This document shows, one piece after another, positions 23,351-34,385 of a stretch of 64,000 nt of DNA. A program made the translations under genes and the position numbers. The notes under the pieces are model-generated. The model was given only the letters and a program-made list of their open reading frames with translations, searched no databases and was not told the origin of the DNA. This stretch comes from Rhynchopus sp. YZ270_cl-10. Lineage: Eukaryota. How positions within the stretch are numbered: the first letter of the stretch is position 1; every line of letters starts with the position of its first letter. The stretch spans positions 992,001-1,056,000 of the forward strand of contig OZ037844.1 of NCBI GenBank assembly GCA_964035575.1. Reading direction: 5' to 3'.

Positions 23351-24118
23351 AAACAAACAGGCTTGGAGCGTCGGACTCTGACCCGGTTTCAAAACCGGGA
23401 AAGAAAAAAAAAGGGGGTGGACTTCGGCATACCGTTGGGAGCTGTATAAATTTACGGGTTATGGGATTTTCACTTTTTTGGTGTGGCAGGCGACCCCAAA
23501 ATAGCAGAAAATAGCACTTTGGGGGGTCCGTAAACTTGTGGATTAGTGTGTAAAATTTGATTGGCCTTTTGGGTGAAAAAAAACCGACTTCATTTTTCTC
23601 AGCTCAGGAGGGTCTACGATTTCGTAAACCAGAGGTCCTCTGGATGCATGCATTAATAAAACACAACACTGGAAATTTCAAGGAACGGATTTGGATCATC
23701 AACAGAACTTTGTCAGGTGGCCCCCTGGTTTGGTGGCTGGGTGGCGGTGTGGAAAAACCCTTCGCTGGGTTGTCGGGGGTTCCCTCCTCCCTCCTCCTCT
23801 TCACTACAAAATATCCGCCTGGTACTTACTGTGTCGTCGTGCGACTTCAGTAGGCGGATCACCTCCAGACGAAATCCACCCGGGTGGGCACTATCACCCC
23901 GAGGGGGTGCCAATGACGGCTGCATCATCTCCCTCTCCAGGTATTGCGTAGAGCTTTTGACTGTATCTAACGCAAATGCCTTCAGCATCACACGACCTGC
24001 TGCTTCGTGTTATTCCCCGAGGAGGGCCTCCTGCCTGCTGCTTCAGCTCCAGGCCTCCCCACGTCACCGGATAGTCCCATCTGGTGGTCATGGCATATCC
24101 TCATGTCCCCTCCATTTA

Positions 24119-26398
24119 TCAAAAGCCCAAACCACGGTCTCTACTCAAGGTGCTGGTGTGGGTCACTTCGAGGACGTTGTCATGTCTGCTGCTGCCGTAC
24201 TCGTACACACCGACTGTGGTGCTGGGCTTCATGATCTCCGCAAGAGATGCTGGCAGCGACGTGCCCATCGGCGGTGCGTACAGGAACACCTTTGCCAGGG
24301 ACACAGCCTCTTCGCACAGCGCCCAGCTGCGCTGCACAGACGGCCCCATCACCGTCAGGAAGCGCTGTGTGCGTGACCCCACGTCGCCATGCTCTGTTGG
24401 CCCACTCGCAAGACCCGCACCCGCAAGTGCCGTCCTGCTGTGTACACGTTCCATAAAGTGCACAGCGTTCTCAGCATGTGCCTGTGTCGCACGAGCAAGG
24501 TTCCACCCAACACACACACGGCTCCCCAGCAGTGACACCAATGTACCCCCGCTCTGGTCCAACGCAGTCATCAGGACCGACATCACATTGCTCATGTCCT
24601 GCAATGCTCCCCCACACTCATCCGCACGCACAACCACCTCCACCTCCAACACACCCACAGTCGCAACAGCAGACACACGTGTTCGTGCAAGTGTCTCGGA
24701 CAAACTGTGCGCCACCTCACCATCAGTCATGTTGCGCATGGTGCTCTTCATAAACGGCAGCAGTGGCATCGTCTCAGGCTGGAGCGGGTCAAACCTCCTC
24801 TCTGCAAGCGAAGGTGGCCACACACAGCACACAAGCACAGGCTCTGCCACACCCTTCAGCTCAAGTGCCTCTGCCGTGCCTGCCACCCCCACACAGCCGC
24901 CACAGTGCTGCTCCCACAGGTCTGCAGGCACAGCAACAGCACCCGGTGTGCACGTGCTCTCGATGCGTGCTGCCACGTTCACAGTGTGGCCGAAGTAGTC
25001 AGTCCGTCCCGTCAGTGCGTTCTGCTCCGCAGCCACAGGGCCGCTGTTCACACCAATGCGCACCGTGAGCCCACCCCACAGGTTGCCACGTTCAGCACAG
25101 ATCGGCACCTCCATCAACGACGCAGGCCAGTCCGCAGCACGGAGCATCTCGTGCACATTCAGCCCAAAGTCAACACCTTCTTGTGTGGTCTCGAAGGCAA
25201 CCATGAAGGCGTCACCGATTGTCTTCACCTCGTAGCCACTAAACATCTGCATCGCAGTCCGCATCACCGAGTTGTGGATCCACAGCCCATCCCGCATCCC
25301 GTCAGGTGCGCCTTCCCAGATCGACGTGGACGAGCGGATGTCTGTGAACACCACCGTCACTGCCTCGCTGTGTGCACCAGGTGCCGACACAACGCTCTGG
25401 ACAGACATCTGGTCGTCTCTGTCGAACAGTGCAGCAGGGAGGTAGGGGCGGTAACGCCGCAGGTTCAGCTCCATCTTCTCGAGTGTTGCATGCATCTCAG
25501 GGGGCAGCAGCGCCTTGCGTGCATCCAGCATGCGTGCCACACCGTCCACGTCGTACTTCGCCAGCAGCGCTGTGATCTCCTGCACTGCACTGATGGTGCG
25601 CTGCATGGCCGCCTGCTCCTTCATCACTGTCGTTGCAAACCCTCGTGTGATGACAAAGTCCATCAAAAACACGGCCAAGGACAGGGCTAGGTTGGTTGGT
25701 GGGAAGGACACAGGGCAGGGCAGAGTGTCGCACGATGTCCTATCCTCGAAGTACTCACGCCTCATCTCCTGCGTGCCAAAACCTGGAAGGTCAAGAAGCC
25801 CAAAACGGAAGCTCTCCTCGGCTGAGACTATCACGAGGAACACTGCTGTGAAGGCCACCAACCCGAAGGTGTACTTCGTGGGCATCTGCAACACCAGCAT
25901 CTGGTCAATCGTGACCACGAGCAACGGCCATCCTGGGTTTCCTGTGGTCCTCCCACCCAGGTCGTACACGAACACGCCAAATGCCTGGCAATAAATCATG
26001 CTCACAACAAGCGGAACAGTCAGCTCCTTCTTCAACAATATCAAGCACGCAAAAGAAGCATGCGTTACCGTGAAAATAGCATTCGCCACGTGAAAGAACG
26101 GCACGTCCTGTGACGTTTCGAAGGTGGAAAAAAGAAACAACAGATTCAGAAGTACCGCAATAACCGAAGAAGCAAAAATGATTTTGCGTCCCGACTGTGC
26201 TTGTTTCCCCAGCGTCCCGTCCATTGAGATGATGTTCTGAAACCAATCCATGCTCGCCATCTTCATCTTCGCCATGTGGTTGTGTTCTTCCCTAGTTGGG
26301 GTGGGGTGTATCAAAAGGGGTGGGGAAGCGTAGGACTCATCAGACATCTTCTTTGCTGTCTGCGACACGCATGCTCGGACACCTTCGTCGCCACTCAT
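24119..26398 (-). CDS. Membrane class III adenylate cyclase, copy 4 (alternative C-terminal tail)
   Basis: 761-aa ORF with intact catalytic motifs; ends TLSRDRGLGF instead of TPSRPRRCFASESTCS. Confidence 0.92.
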   Translation of the reverse strand: MSGDEGVRACVSQTAKKMSDESYASPPLLIHPTPTREEHNHMAKMKMASMDWFQNIISMDGTLGKQAQSGRKIIFASSVIAVLLNLLFLFSTFETSQDVPFFHVANAIFTVTHASFACLILLKKELTVPLVVSMIYCQAFGVFVYDLGGRTTGNPGWPLLVVTIDQMLVLQMPTKYTFGLVAFTAVFLVIVSAEESFRFGLLDLPGFGTQEMRREYFEDRTSCDTLPCPVSFPPTNLALSLAVFLMDFVITRGFATTVMKEQAAMQRTISAVQEITALLAKYDVDGVARMLDARKALLPPEMHATLEKMELNLRRYRPYLPAALFDRDDQMSVQSVVSAPGAHSEAVTVVFTDIRSSTSIWEGAPDGMRDGLWIHNSVMRTAMQMFSGYEVKTIGDAFMVAFETTQEGVDFGLNVHEMLRAADWPASLMEVPICAERGNLWGGLTVRIGVNSGPVAAEQNALTGRTDYFGHTVNVAARIESTCTPGAVAVPADLWEQHCGGCVGVAGTAEALELKGVAEPVLVCCVWPPSLAERRFDPLQPETMPLLPFMKSTMRNMTDGEVAHSLSETLARTRVSAVATVGVLEVEVVVRADECGGALQDMSNVMSVLMTALDQSGGTLVSLLGSRVCVGWNLARATQAHAENAVHFMERVHSRTALAGAGLASGPTEHGDVGSRTQRFLTVMGPSVQRSWALCEEAVSLAKVFLYAPPMGTSLPASLAEIMKPSTTVGVYEYGSSRHDNVLEVTHTSTLSRDRGLGF

Positions 26399-26589
26399 CA
26401 GCAACGAAGGCTGAAGGGTGTTGACATAGTATCAGGTGCCCACAGGGAGAGACAGAAACGACACCTTCGTGAGTTTATATGAAAAACAGTTTCTTTTTTT
26501 TCTACGTGGATGCGATATGTATTGAAGTGAAGTAAGGGGTACAGAATGAGAGAGAGAGAGGTACAAGAGAGATCAAGAACGTTGACTTA

Positions 26590-26705
26590 CCGTCTTCGTA
26601 AAAATGTTCGACCGTAAAAAAGGACGAACTTCCAGAAAAATCCGGAAAAGGACGAACTTTATTCCGGTCGAACATATTTACGGTCGAACATTAGTACGAA
26701 GACGG
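26590..26705. mobile_element. Tc1/mariner-type MITE (TA TSD)
   Basis: TA|CCGTCTTCGTA..TACGAAGACGG|TA with internal ATGTTCGACCG inverted motifs. Confidence 0.75.
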
Positions 26706-26820
26706 TAATTTATTAGTGAGTAATTTGTTTTACTTAGCACTGTACGTCCTTGGAAAACCCGAATTTTTTAGCCTTCAAAAGTGCAATTGAAGAACTCAGA
26801 ATGCGTCAAAAAGAATTGCT

Positions 26821-26920
26821 ATTTTTTCTCGAGAGAAAAGTCGTTTTCCTTCACGAGTGTTTTCTTTGCACGCAAAGGAAACACGAGTGAAGGAAAACGG
26901 CTGTTCTCGAGGGGAAAACA
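26821..26920. repeat. ~100-bp near-perfect palindrome (MITE-like)
   Basis: TCTCGAGAGAAAAGTCGTTTTCCTTCAC..GTGAAGGAAAACGGCTGTTCTCGAG; not seen in the paralogous spacer near 14415. Confidence 0.65.
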
Positions 26921-29900
26921 GTGCTTTGTTACATTTTTCCAGTGTTTGAATCACAGAAATACACTGGTATGTTCAAATCTACAACTAAAAAGAGCAGTAG
27001 AGGGTGGGTTGCTTATACACCCTTGCCTAGCAGTTACATGCTCACACGATATTTCGCATATGCACACATGATTAGAACAGAACAATTTAAAAAGTAAGAG
27101 TGACACATAGTTTGTCTTCCTCCCTACCCATTTGTTAAGCACCCCCGCAAAGCAGCCTGCTGCTTTTTATTGAAATGGGTGCTTTATGAAAAGTACATGC
27201 GACTCACTTTTATCATAATAACTCCCTCTGTGATATATTAGATATTTTCGATTTCGGGGGTCCAGGGTTAGGACTTACCCTGTTGTACTCTTCTGAAACT
27301 GTACAGGATATGAAGGGGGTGATTTCGTTCGTTGTGGACATACGTTTGGGGGCATTTGAGGAGAGTGAAGTGTGCAACGCATTGCAATCAAAAACGAAAT
27401 CAAAAAAAATATATTATTTCCTATACTTTCTATTCTACTGAATAGGAGGTATAATACCACACAGCACAGAGGGCTAGCGAGGTACTTTTTCGCAGTTTGG
27501 AAAGCGCGAAAAAGTACCATGCTCTCCCCCCTGGTTTTATGCCTCAATAACGCGGCATTTTCTATTCCCTATGACATAACCAGCATCCTCGAGGAAGACC
27601 GCCCACGAAATAACAGCGCCTGCATGTACCCCGCGACGGCTAGGGAAGTGGTAAGAACACACTGATTGACGCACAACATAAAAAAAAAGGGGGCGGAGCA
27701 TTTTGTCAAGACAGGAAGATATCTCACGGAACATTGCCAGTAAAAGGCTATAATCCCCGCCTTCAACCCTCCGCTCAATATCCTCACACGCCTACCTGTG
27801 ATACTAAGTCATAGTACCGCTTGGCTAGAGCTTTCAATTCAAATATTCACACCACACAGGAAATATCCAACCGATCTCAAAAATGAATCAAAAATAAATA
27901 CAATGGAACCATGAAGTGTAGGAACTCAGACACGGAAAAATGTGCGAGTTCCAACCCCGTACAGAGGGGCTTGCTACGAAGTGACAGTAAACCCATGCTG
28001 TGCTGTCCAAATACCTCAGACCGTAGGTGGTGAACCTTTCGATACTCTAGCACAAAGAGGCGAAGTGCTTTGCACAAAGATTATAGGTTCAGTGTGCAGC
28101 ACATTAAAAGCAAAGAAAAAGCGTGTAAAATGAACCTAAGCCTCTCGTGCTCAGTCACCTTATACAAAAAGTCGAAAGAGGGAACAGCAAGAAAAACGCT
28201 GCAGTAGAGAGTGTGCCCAGAAACAGCACCAAACAACCGCACAGTGACAAAGCACTGCACGGTTGCTGGCCGGATCTGTGAGTAAGAATAAGTAGAGTGG
28301 AAGCAGAACGAACCTAAACTGTGGTGTGGGTGGGAGGGGCACGGGGCGAGGGGCGAGGGGTAACAGTGCTGGGGGAGGGGGTGGGGTGGTTTGTGTGGCC
28401 CCAGAAAGTACAAAATACAGCTGTATTTCTTGCTTTCCTGCGCCTTTTTTGTCATTGCATGACTGAAGGTCATGACTTTACATCACATCAGTTGCATTTT
28501 TTTGTGCATAAACAAAAGAAGTGCACTAATTCCTAGTATTACAACGAGCGAAACGAAGTGTCACAAAAAATAAAACTCTTCCTTTTTTAGATAGATATTC
28601 AGTCAAAAGAAACGAAAACAAGGAAAAGAAGAGAGAAAGTTTTTTCGTTGATCACTCGAATTAGTGTCCCTGAGTGAATGAGTCTGGCGAGTAATTCGGC
28701 AAGCACCATCTAAAAACAGAGTTTTATTTTTACATGACGATTCTCGTACATTCAAAAACAAAAAATCAACTGGTGCTCCTGACGCCATATTGCGTACTTG
28801 TTGCGCACGTTGTGCACAAAAAATAAAATAATACAGGAATGCCCTATATTTCGTACTTCTTGCGCACTTAGTGCGTAGTTGTTGCGTACTTGGTATGTTT
28901 TATTTCAGGGGTACCACCAACGAGTTTTTTGTGGAAACCCAAGGGTAATTAGTCCTCGGATGAGATGGGAAGGGGTGAGCACAGAGTATGAACCCATGAC
29001 ATGATTTCAACTAGAACCAAAAATAAGTGAAAACCGGAAACAAAAAGGTGCGCTACAGGGCACACACAACGTGTACAACTAGAGATACTAAAAACTAGCG
29101 GTTCTTGACAAGAAATGTTGAACGAGACCTGGGTCCACGTTGGGCCAAGGGACGTGACTAGGTTGCGGCATTTTCTTTCAATGAAATATATTGAAAAAGA
29201 AGGCACAGCTTAGCCACATGGTTCACCGGGAAGATAAACTAAGAATAAAAAAAAATAACTGGAACAGAAAGAAATATAAAGCGAGGTTTTTAGTCCAGGC
29301 ACTTCCGGCTGACACAGCTGGATGAAAGCATAAGTACCCTTCGGCCAACAACAGAACATGTAAAAGGGAACCTAAGTAGACCTACCCGTACCGTAAGAGA
29401 ACGAGGGCGGTACACAACCGCTCGTCAGCCGGCGGCCCACCTTCCGTTGAAGAGTTGTGAGCTTACAGGTACTGCAGTTCACTGCACCCAACGCTTGGTG
29501 CACCATAGTCTACACAAGAGAGCAGAAACCCGAAAACACAAAAAGGGGAGGGCGGGGGAGTCACAACATCTCTCTCTTGGCGTCGATACATGGACGTCCT
29601 TACAGGCAGTACACCGTAACCTATAGGTGTAGCAAAACCGAAGTCCTGGCCTGACCGTTTGTCGCTGTGTCATGCTCCGGGTGCGACTATACAAAAGAGA
29701 ACCAATTTTGTTCAATTATCTGCTGGGTGAATAGGTGCCATGGTGGAGTCACTTCACAGCCCCATGCTAACCAGTCGGCACTACCACCACAAAGGGTGAA
29801 AAAGGTGAAGCACGGCAACATCAAAGCTTCTCAGGACAGTGAAAGAAAGCACGAAAAAGCGGAAAGTTGACGCAATCCCATCACCAAATAGCAGCCTGTG

Positions 29901-29929
29901 GATGGCGACATGTTCTGCCTGTTGCAGTG

Positions 29930-32092
29930 TCAGGAGCATGTTGATTCGGATGCGAAGCAGCGGCGTGGGCGGCTGGGGGTGCTGGTGCGGGTCACTTCGA
30001 AGACGTTGTCGTGTCTGCTGCTGCCGTACTCGTACACACCGACTGTGGTGCTGGGCTTCATGATCTCCGCAAGAGATGCTGGCAGCGACGTGCCCATCGG
30101 CGGTGCGTACAGGAACACCTTTGCCAAGGACACAGCCTCTTCGCACAGCGCCCAGCTGCGCTGCACAGACGGCCCCATCACCGTCAGGAAGCGCTGTGTG
30201 CGTGACCCCACGTCGCCGTGTTCTGTTGGCCCACTTGCAAGACCCGCACCCGCAAGTGCCGTCCTGCTGTGTACACGTTCCATAAAGTGCACAGCGTTCT
30301 CAGCATGTGCCTGTGTCGCACGAGCAAGGTTCCACCCAACACACACACGGCTCCCCAGCAGTGACACCAATGTACCCCCGCTCTGGTCCAACGCAGTCAT
30401 CAGGACCGACATCACATTGCTCATGTCCTGCAATGCTCCCCCACACTCATCCGCACGCACAACCACCTCCACCTCCAACACACCCACAGTCGCAACAGCA
30501 GACACACGTGTTCGTGCAAGTGTCTCACACATACTGTGCGCCACCTCACCGTCAGTCGTGTAACGCATGGTGCTCTTCATAAACGGCAGCAGTGGCATCG
30601 TCTCAGGCTGGAGCGGGTCAAACCTCCTCTCTGCAAGCGAAGGTGGCCACACACAGCACACAAGCACAGGCTCTGCCACACCCTTCAGCTCAAGTGCCTC
30701 TGCCGTGCCTGCCACCCCCACACAGCCGCCACAGTGCTGCTCCCACAGGTCCGCAGGCACAGCAACAGCACCCGGTGTGCACGTGCTCTCGATGCGTGCT
30801 GCCACGTTCACAGTGTGGCCGAAGTAGTCAGTCCGTCCCGTCAGTGCGTTCTGCTCTGCAGCCACAGGGCCGCTGTTCACACCAATGCGCACCGTGAGCC
30901 CACCCCACAGGTCACCACGTTCAGCACAGATCGGCACCTCCATCAACGACGCAGGCCAGTCCGCAGCACGGAGCATCTCGTGCACATTCAGCCCAAAGTC
31001 AACACCTTCTTGCGTGGTCTCGAAGGCAACCATGAAGGCGTCACCGATTGTCTTCACCTCGTAGCCACTAAACGTCTGCATCGCAGTCCGCATCACCGAG
31101 TTGTGGATCCACAGCCCATCCCGCATCCCGTCAGGTGCGCCTTCCCAGATCGACGTGGACGAGCGGATGTCTGTGAACACCACCGTCACTGCCTCGCTGT
31201 GTGTACCAGGTGCCGTCACAATGCTCTGGACAGACATCTGGTCGTCTCTGTCGAACAGTGCAGCAGGGAGGTAGGGGCGGTAACGCCGCAGGTTCAGCTC
31301 CATCGTCTCGAGTGTTGCAAGAAGCATCTCAGGGGGCAGCAGCGCCTTGCGTGCATCCAGCATGCGTGCCACACCGTCCACGTCGTACTTCGCCAGCAGC
31401 GCTGTGATCTCCTGCACTGCACTGATGGTGCGCTGCATGGCCGCCTGCTCCTTCATCACTGTCGTTGCAAACCCTCGTGTGATGATAAAGTCCATCAAAA
31501 ACACGAGCACGGACAAGACCAGGTTGTTTGGCGGGAAGGAAACAGCGCATGGCAGAGTGTCGCACGCCAGCATGTCCTCGAAGTACTCACGCCTCACCTC
31601 CTGCGTGCCAAAACCTGGAAGGTCGAGGAGCCCAAAACGGAAGCTCTCCTCGACTGCGATTGTCACGAGGTACACCACTGTGAAGGCCACCAACCCGAAG
31701 GTGTACTTTGTGGGCGTTTGCAGCACCAACATGAGGTCAATCGTGACCACGAGCAACGGCCATCCTGGGTTTCCCATAGCCCTCCCACCAAGGTCGTACA
31801 CGAACACGCCAAATGCCTGGGCCAAAATCATGGTTAAAACAACAGGAACGGTAAGCTCCTTCTTCATGAGCACCAAGTAGAGGAATACAACGTTCGTAAC
31901 GAAGAATATCGCAGCCGACACGTGAAAGAACGGCACGTCCTTTGCCGTCTCGTAGACGGATACAAAAAACAGGAAATCATCCACCAGCCCAAGAGCCGAA
32001 GACACAAAAAGGATTTTGCGACGTGACTGTGCATGTTTCCCCAGCGTCCCGTCCACTGAGATGATGTTCTGAAACCAACCCCTGCTCGCCAT
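29930..32092 (-). CDS. Membrane class III adenylate cyclase, copy 5; N-terminus and 5' flank replaced by a tandem repeat (possibly pseudogenised)
   Basis: 720-aa ORF from an internal Met; homology stops at ~32128 where the (CTATTTGCC)n array begins. Confidence 0.8.
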   Translation of the reverse strand: MASRGWFQNIISVDGTLGKHAQSRRKILFVSSALGLVDDFLFFVSVYETAKDVPFFHVSAAIFFVTNVVFLYLVLMKKELTVPVVLTMILAQAFGVFVYDLGGRAMGNPGWPLLVVTIDLMLVLQTPTKYTFGLVAFTVVYLVTIAVEESFRFGLLDLPGFGTQEVRREYFEDMLACDTLPCAVSFPPNNLVLSVLVFLMDFIITRGFATTVMKEQAAMQRTISAVQEITALLAKYDVDGVARMLDARKALLPPEMLLATLETMELNLRRYRPYLPAALFDRDDQMSVQSIVTAPGTHSEAVTVVFTDIRSSTSIWEGAPDGMRDGLWIHNSVMRTAMQTFSGYEVKTIGDAFMVAFETTQEGVDFGLNVHEMLRAADWPASLMEVPICAERGDLWGGLTVRIGVNSGPVAAEQNALTGRTDYFGHTVNVAARIESTCTPGAVAVPADLWEQHCGGCVGVAGTAEALELKGVAEPVLVCCVWPPSLAERRFDPLQPETMPLLPFMKSTMRYTTDGEVAHSMCETLARTRVSAVATVGVLEVEVVVRADECGGALQDMSNVMSVLMTALDQSGGTLVSLLGSRVCVGWNLARATQAHAENAVHFMERVHSRTALAGAGLASGPTEHGDVGSRTQRFLTVMGPSVQRSWALCEEAVSLAKVFLYAPPMGTSLPASLAEIMKPSTTVGVYEYGSSRHDNVFEVTRTSTPSRPRRCFASESTCS

Positions 32093-32128
32093 CTTCGCTA
32101 TGTGGTTGTGTTCCTCTAGAGTGGGGTG

Positions 32129-32481
32129 CTATTTGCCCTATTTGCCCTATTTGCCCTATTTGCCCTATTTGCCCTATTTGCCCTATTTGCCCTATTTGCC
32201 CTATTTGCCCTATTTGCCCTATTTGCCCTATTTGCCCTATTTGCCCTATTTGCCCTATTTGCCCTATTTGCCCTATTTGCCCTATTTGCCCTATTTGCCC
32301 TATTTGCCCTATTTGCCCTATTTGCCCTATTTGCCCTATTTGCCCTATTTGCCCTATTTGCCCTATTTGCCCTATTTGCCCTATTTGCCCTATTTGCCCT
32401 ATTTGCCCTATTTGCCCTATTTGCCCTATTTGCCCTATTTGCCCTATTTGCCCTATTTGCCCTATTTGCCCTATTTGCCCT
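32129..32481. repeat. Perfect tandem repeat (CTATTTGCC) x~39
   Basis: Read directly. Confidence 0.97.
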
Positions 32482-33550
32482 GTACATGTCAAGGAGTAAA
32501 GGAGGTACCACACATTCACATACACATTCACCTTTGTTTTGACATTGGGTTTGTGCCCAACCCCTACCCCTTTGTTTTCCCAACCCACACCCCACAATAG
32601 CCCTGGCTCCTGATGAGCGCGGCCACAGGGTTGAATCCTGGTCAAGGAGCAGACCTCCGAAACCATAAATTAACGTTTTTGTCCCTCTGGTGCTTTCGGA
32701 AATCGGTCAGCGACCTGTCAATATCGACCCCAGCCGCAGCACTAGCCTTCCCTTTTTTCTTGTTCCACAAGGGAGTGTTAGCCAAAAGAGTCGTTGTCCT
32801 TATCTTTTGCAGACCAAACCAAAAATGCTTGTTTCGGGGGGAAGCAAAAGTCAAAGCAACACAAAGAGAGAGGGGTCGGTGAACTCGTGCATCAGTGTGC
32901 AAACTTTAACCGGCTTTTCGACCGTCCCTTTGGTTGAAGAAAATGAAAGAAAAAAGGGTGAGGGGAGTTGGGTCCGGTCATAGGGGGCATGGCATATTTT
33001 TTTGGAAAATGCTTCAAAAAAGCAAGGATTTTTGCTGGGCACAATGAAATTGTCAGAAACATCTCAATTGTCGACTGCCATATTTGAAGCAAATTATGGC
33101 CCACCCACCCCAATTTTGGAAACCGACTTCATTTTTGCTTAGGAGTGCCTACAGGGAAGGCCTCGTAAGGACGTTACGGGCGATACAACGTTACATCATT
33201 GGAAAATTGTTGGCCCCGCCCCCTGTCTTCGTATTTAGTACGTCGACAGGCCTTGGAGAGGAGATTGTACACAACAATGAGCAGTGGCAACACTATCGCA
33301 ATGCGGCGAAGAAGAGCAAATACAAACTTGGGGGAGGCATTACGGACCCGAAGTCGGGCAATGTGTACTGCTTTCCAAGCGATTCGCATATGGTCAATAA
33401 TTCAAACAGCGTTGGGCTCAGAAGAAGCAGTGCAAGGCACTGGGGATCATGAGAACCAACTGTGATCTGTAGAAAACGAGCAAAAGGAATCGGAGCTAAC
33501 GTGACGAGAGTGAATACCAAGTTAGAAAATTCTAGAAATAAAACAAACGG

Positions 33551-33715
33551 TGGTTGTTGATGCAGGCACCTCCGACTGACCCACGTACGATGCCAGCCAT
33601 CTGGATGAAAGCATAAGTACCCTGCCGCCAACAACAGTAGGTGTAAAAGGGAAACCTAATGACTTGCCCGCACCGAGAGAACGAGGGCGGTACACAACCG
33701 CTCGTCAGCCGAAAC
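33551..33715. repeat. Dispersed, possibly structured repeat family (other copies ~29310-29432, ~43533-43655, ~46700-46780, ~61668-61715)
   Basis: Shared core GTTGATGCAGGCAC..CCATCYGGATGAAAGCA..ACCCTGCGGCC; the copy at ~29310 carries only the right part. Confidence 0.75.
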
Positions 33716-33721
33716 AAAAAG

Positions 33722-33735
33722 TCTGTACTTCATTG
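33722..33735 (+). other. Spliced-leader-like relic TCTGTACTTCATTG
   Basis: Resembles the conserved 3' end of euglenozoan SL exons (..TTTCTGTACTTYATTG, from recall); ends 68 nt upstream of an ATG. Confidence 0.5.
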
Positions 33736-33802
33736 GTCTTGGCCAGTGGAGTCCCCTACAGGAGGGGAGAGGGCTTTGCCCTCTCCTGTACTACACGTGA
33801 AT

Positions 33803-34336
33803 ATGTCTTTGTTTTTGCAAAGAAAACATGAAAAGCTGCTCGCCATGGTGGAGGCCCAACTGTTGGACGCCGAGACCGAGGAGGAGCTGCACCGTGCGCA
33901 AGCTTTGGGACGCCTGTTGGAGGAGTCACGGAAGGCCACGCTGCGCATGGAAGAAGAAGAGGAACCCCCCGTCGTGGAGGAGAAGCAGACGACGGAGGTG
34001 ACGGCGGCACCACCGCCAGCGAAGGAGACACCCGGCACCTGCCCTGGTGCCACCGCAACGACGCCCCCCACCAGCAGGAGGCTTGGCTCTACTGGTGGGG
34101 CAAAGACGCCTCACAAGGCGCACAAGACGAAGCCGGCGCCGCCGCCTCCACCCGACTGCGGCCGCCTGCACCCTCTGACTCGCCCACCCGACGGTGGATG
34201 GAAGTGCCCACCCGACCGTGGGTGGCTGTACTCACCTGCAAGAACGTGCTCTCTGAAGTGCCCACCCGACCGTGGACGGCTGCGCACCGCAAAGACCTCG
34301 CCTGGAGCAATTCGGGCATTACCTAGAAGCGTGTAG
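33803..34336 (+). CDS. Hypothetical 177-aa protein (helical N-terminus, Pro-rich, repeated PPD(R)G motifs); candidate retrocopy
   Basis: Protein-like composition (MSLFLQRKHEKLLAMVEAQLLDAETEEEL..KCPPDRG x2); intronless; opposite strand to all other host genes. Confidence 0.5.
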   Translation: MSLFLQRKHEKLLAMVEAQLLDAETEEELHRAQALGRLLEESRKATLRMEEEEEPPVVEEKQTTEVTAAPPPAKETPGTCPGATATTPPTSRRLGSTGGAKTPHKAHKTKPAPPPPPDCGRLHPLTRPPDGGWKCPPDRGWLYSPARTCSLKCPPDRGRLRTAKTSPGAIRALPRSV

Positions 34337-34337
34337 C

Positions 34338-34385
34338 ATAGTGGAGTGCATCTTCGGGTGTCTACACTAAAACAACCAAGTTTTC
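34338..34385 (+). mobile_element. 48-nt hairpin element directly after the ORF stop codon
   Basis: ATAGTGGAGTGCATCTTCGGGTGTCTACACTAAAACAACCAAGTTTTC followed by AAAAAG. Confidence 0.75.

Noticed and set aside
23319..23400. tRNA gene (A-box-like TAGCCACATGG, B-box-like GGTTTCAAAACC)
   Set aside because: No cloverleaf could be built; at most a decayed tRNA-derived SINE head.
64..31880. Long + strand ORFs overlapping the cyclase genes (e.g. 64-1278, 12405-13865, 30536-31837)
   Set aside because: Antisense shadows of GC-rich coding sequence; no recognisable motifs and variable ends between copies.
32601..32662. Hammerhead (CTGATGA..GAAA) or L1Tc/ingi-type HDV ribozyme (CCCTGGC..CAGGG)
   Set aside because: Stem II does not close, no stem III or cleavage triplet is conserved in the second copy, and no P3 could be formed.
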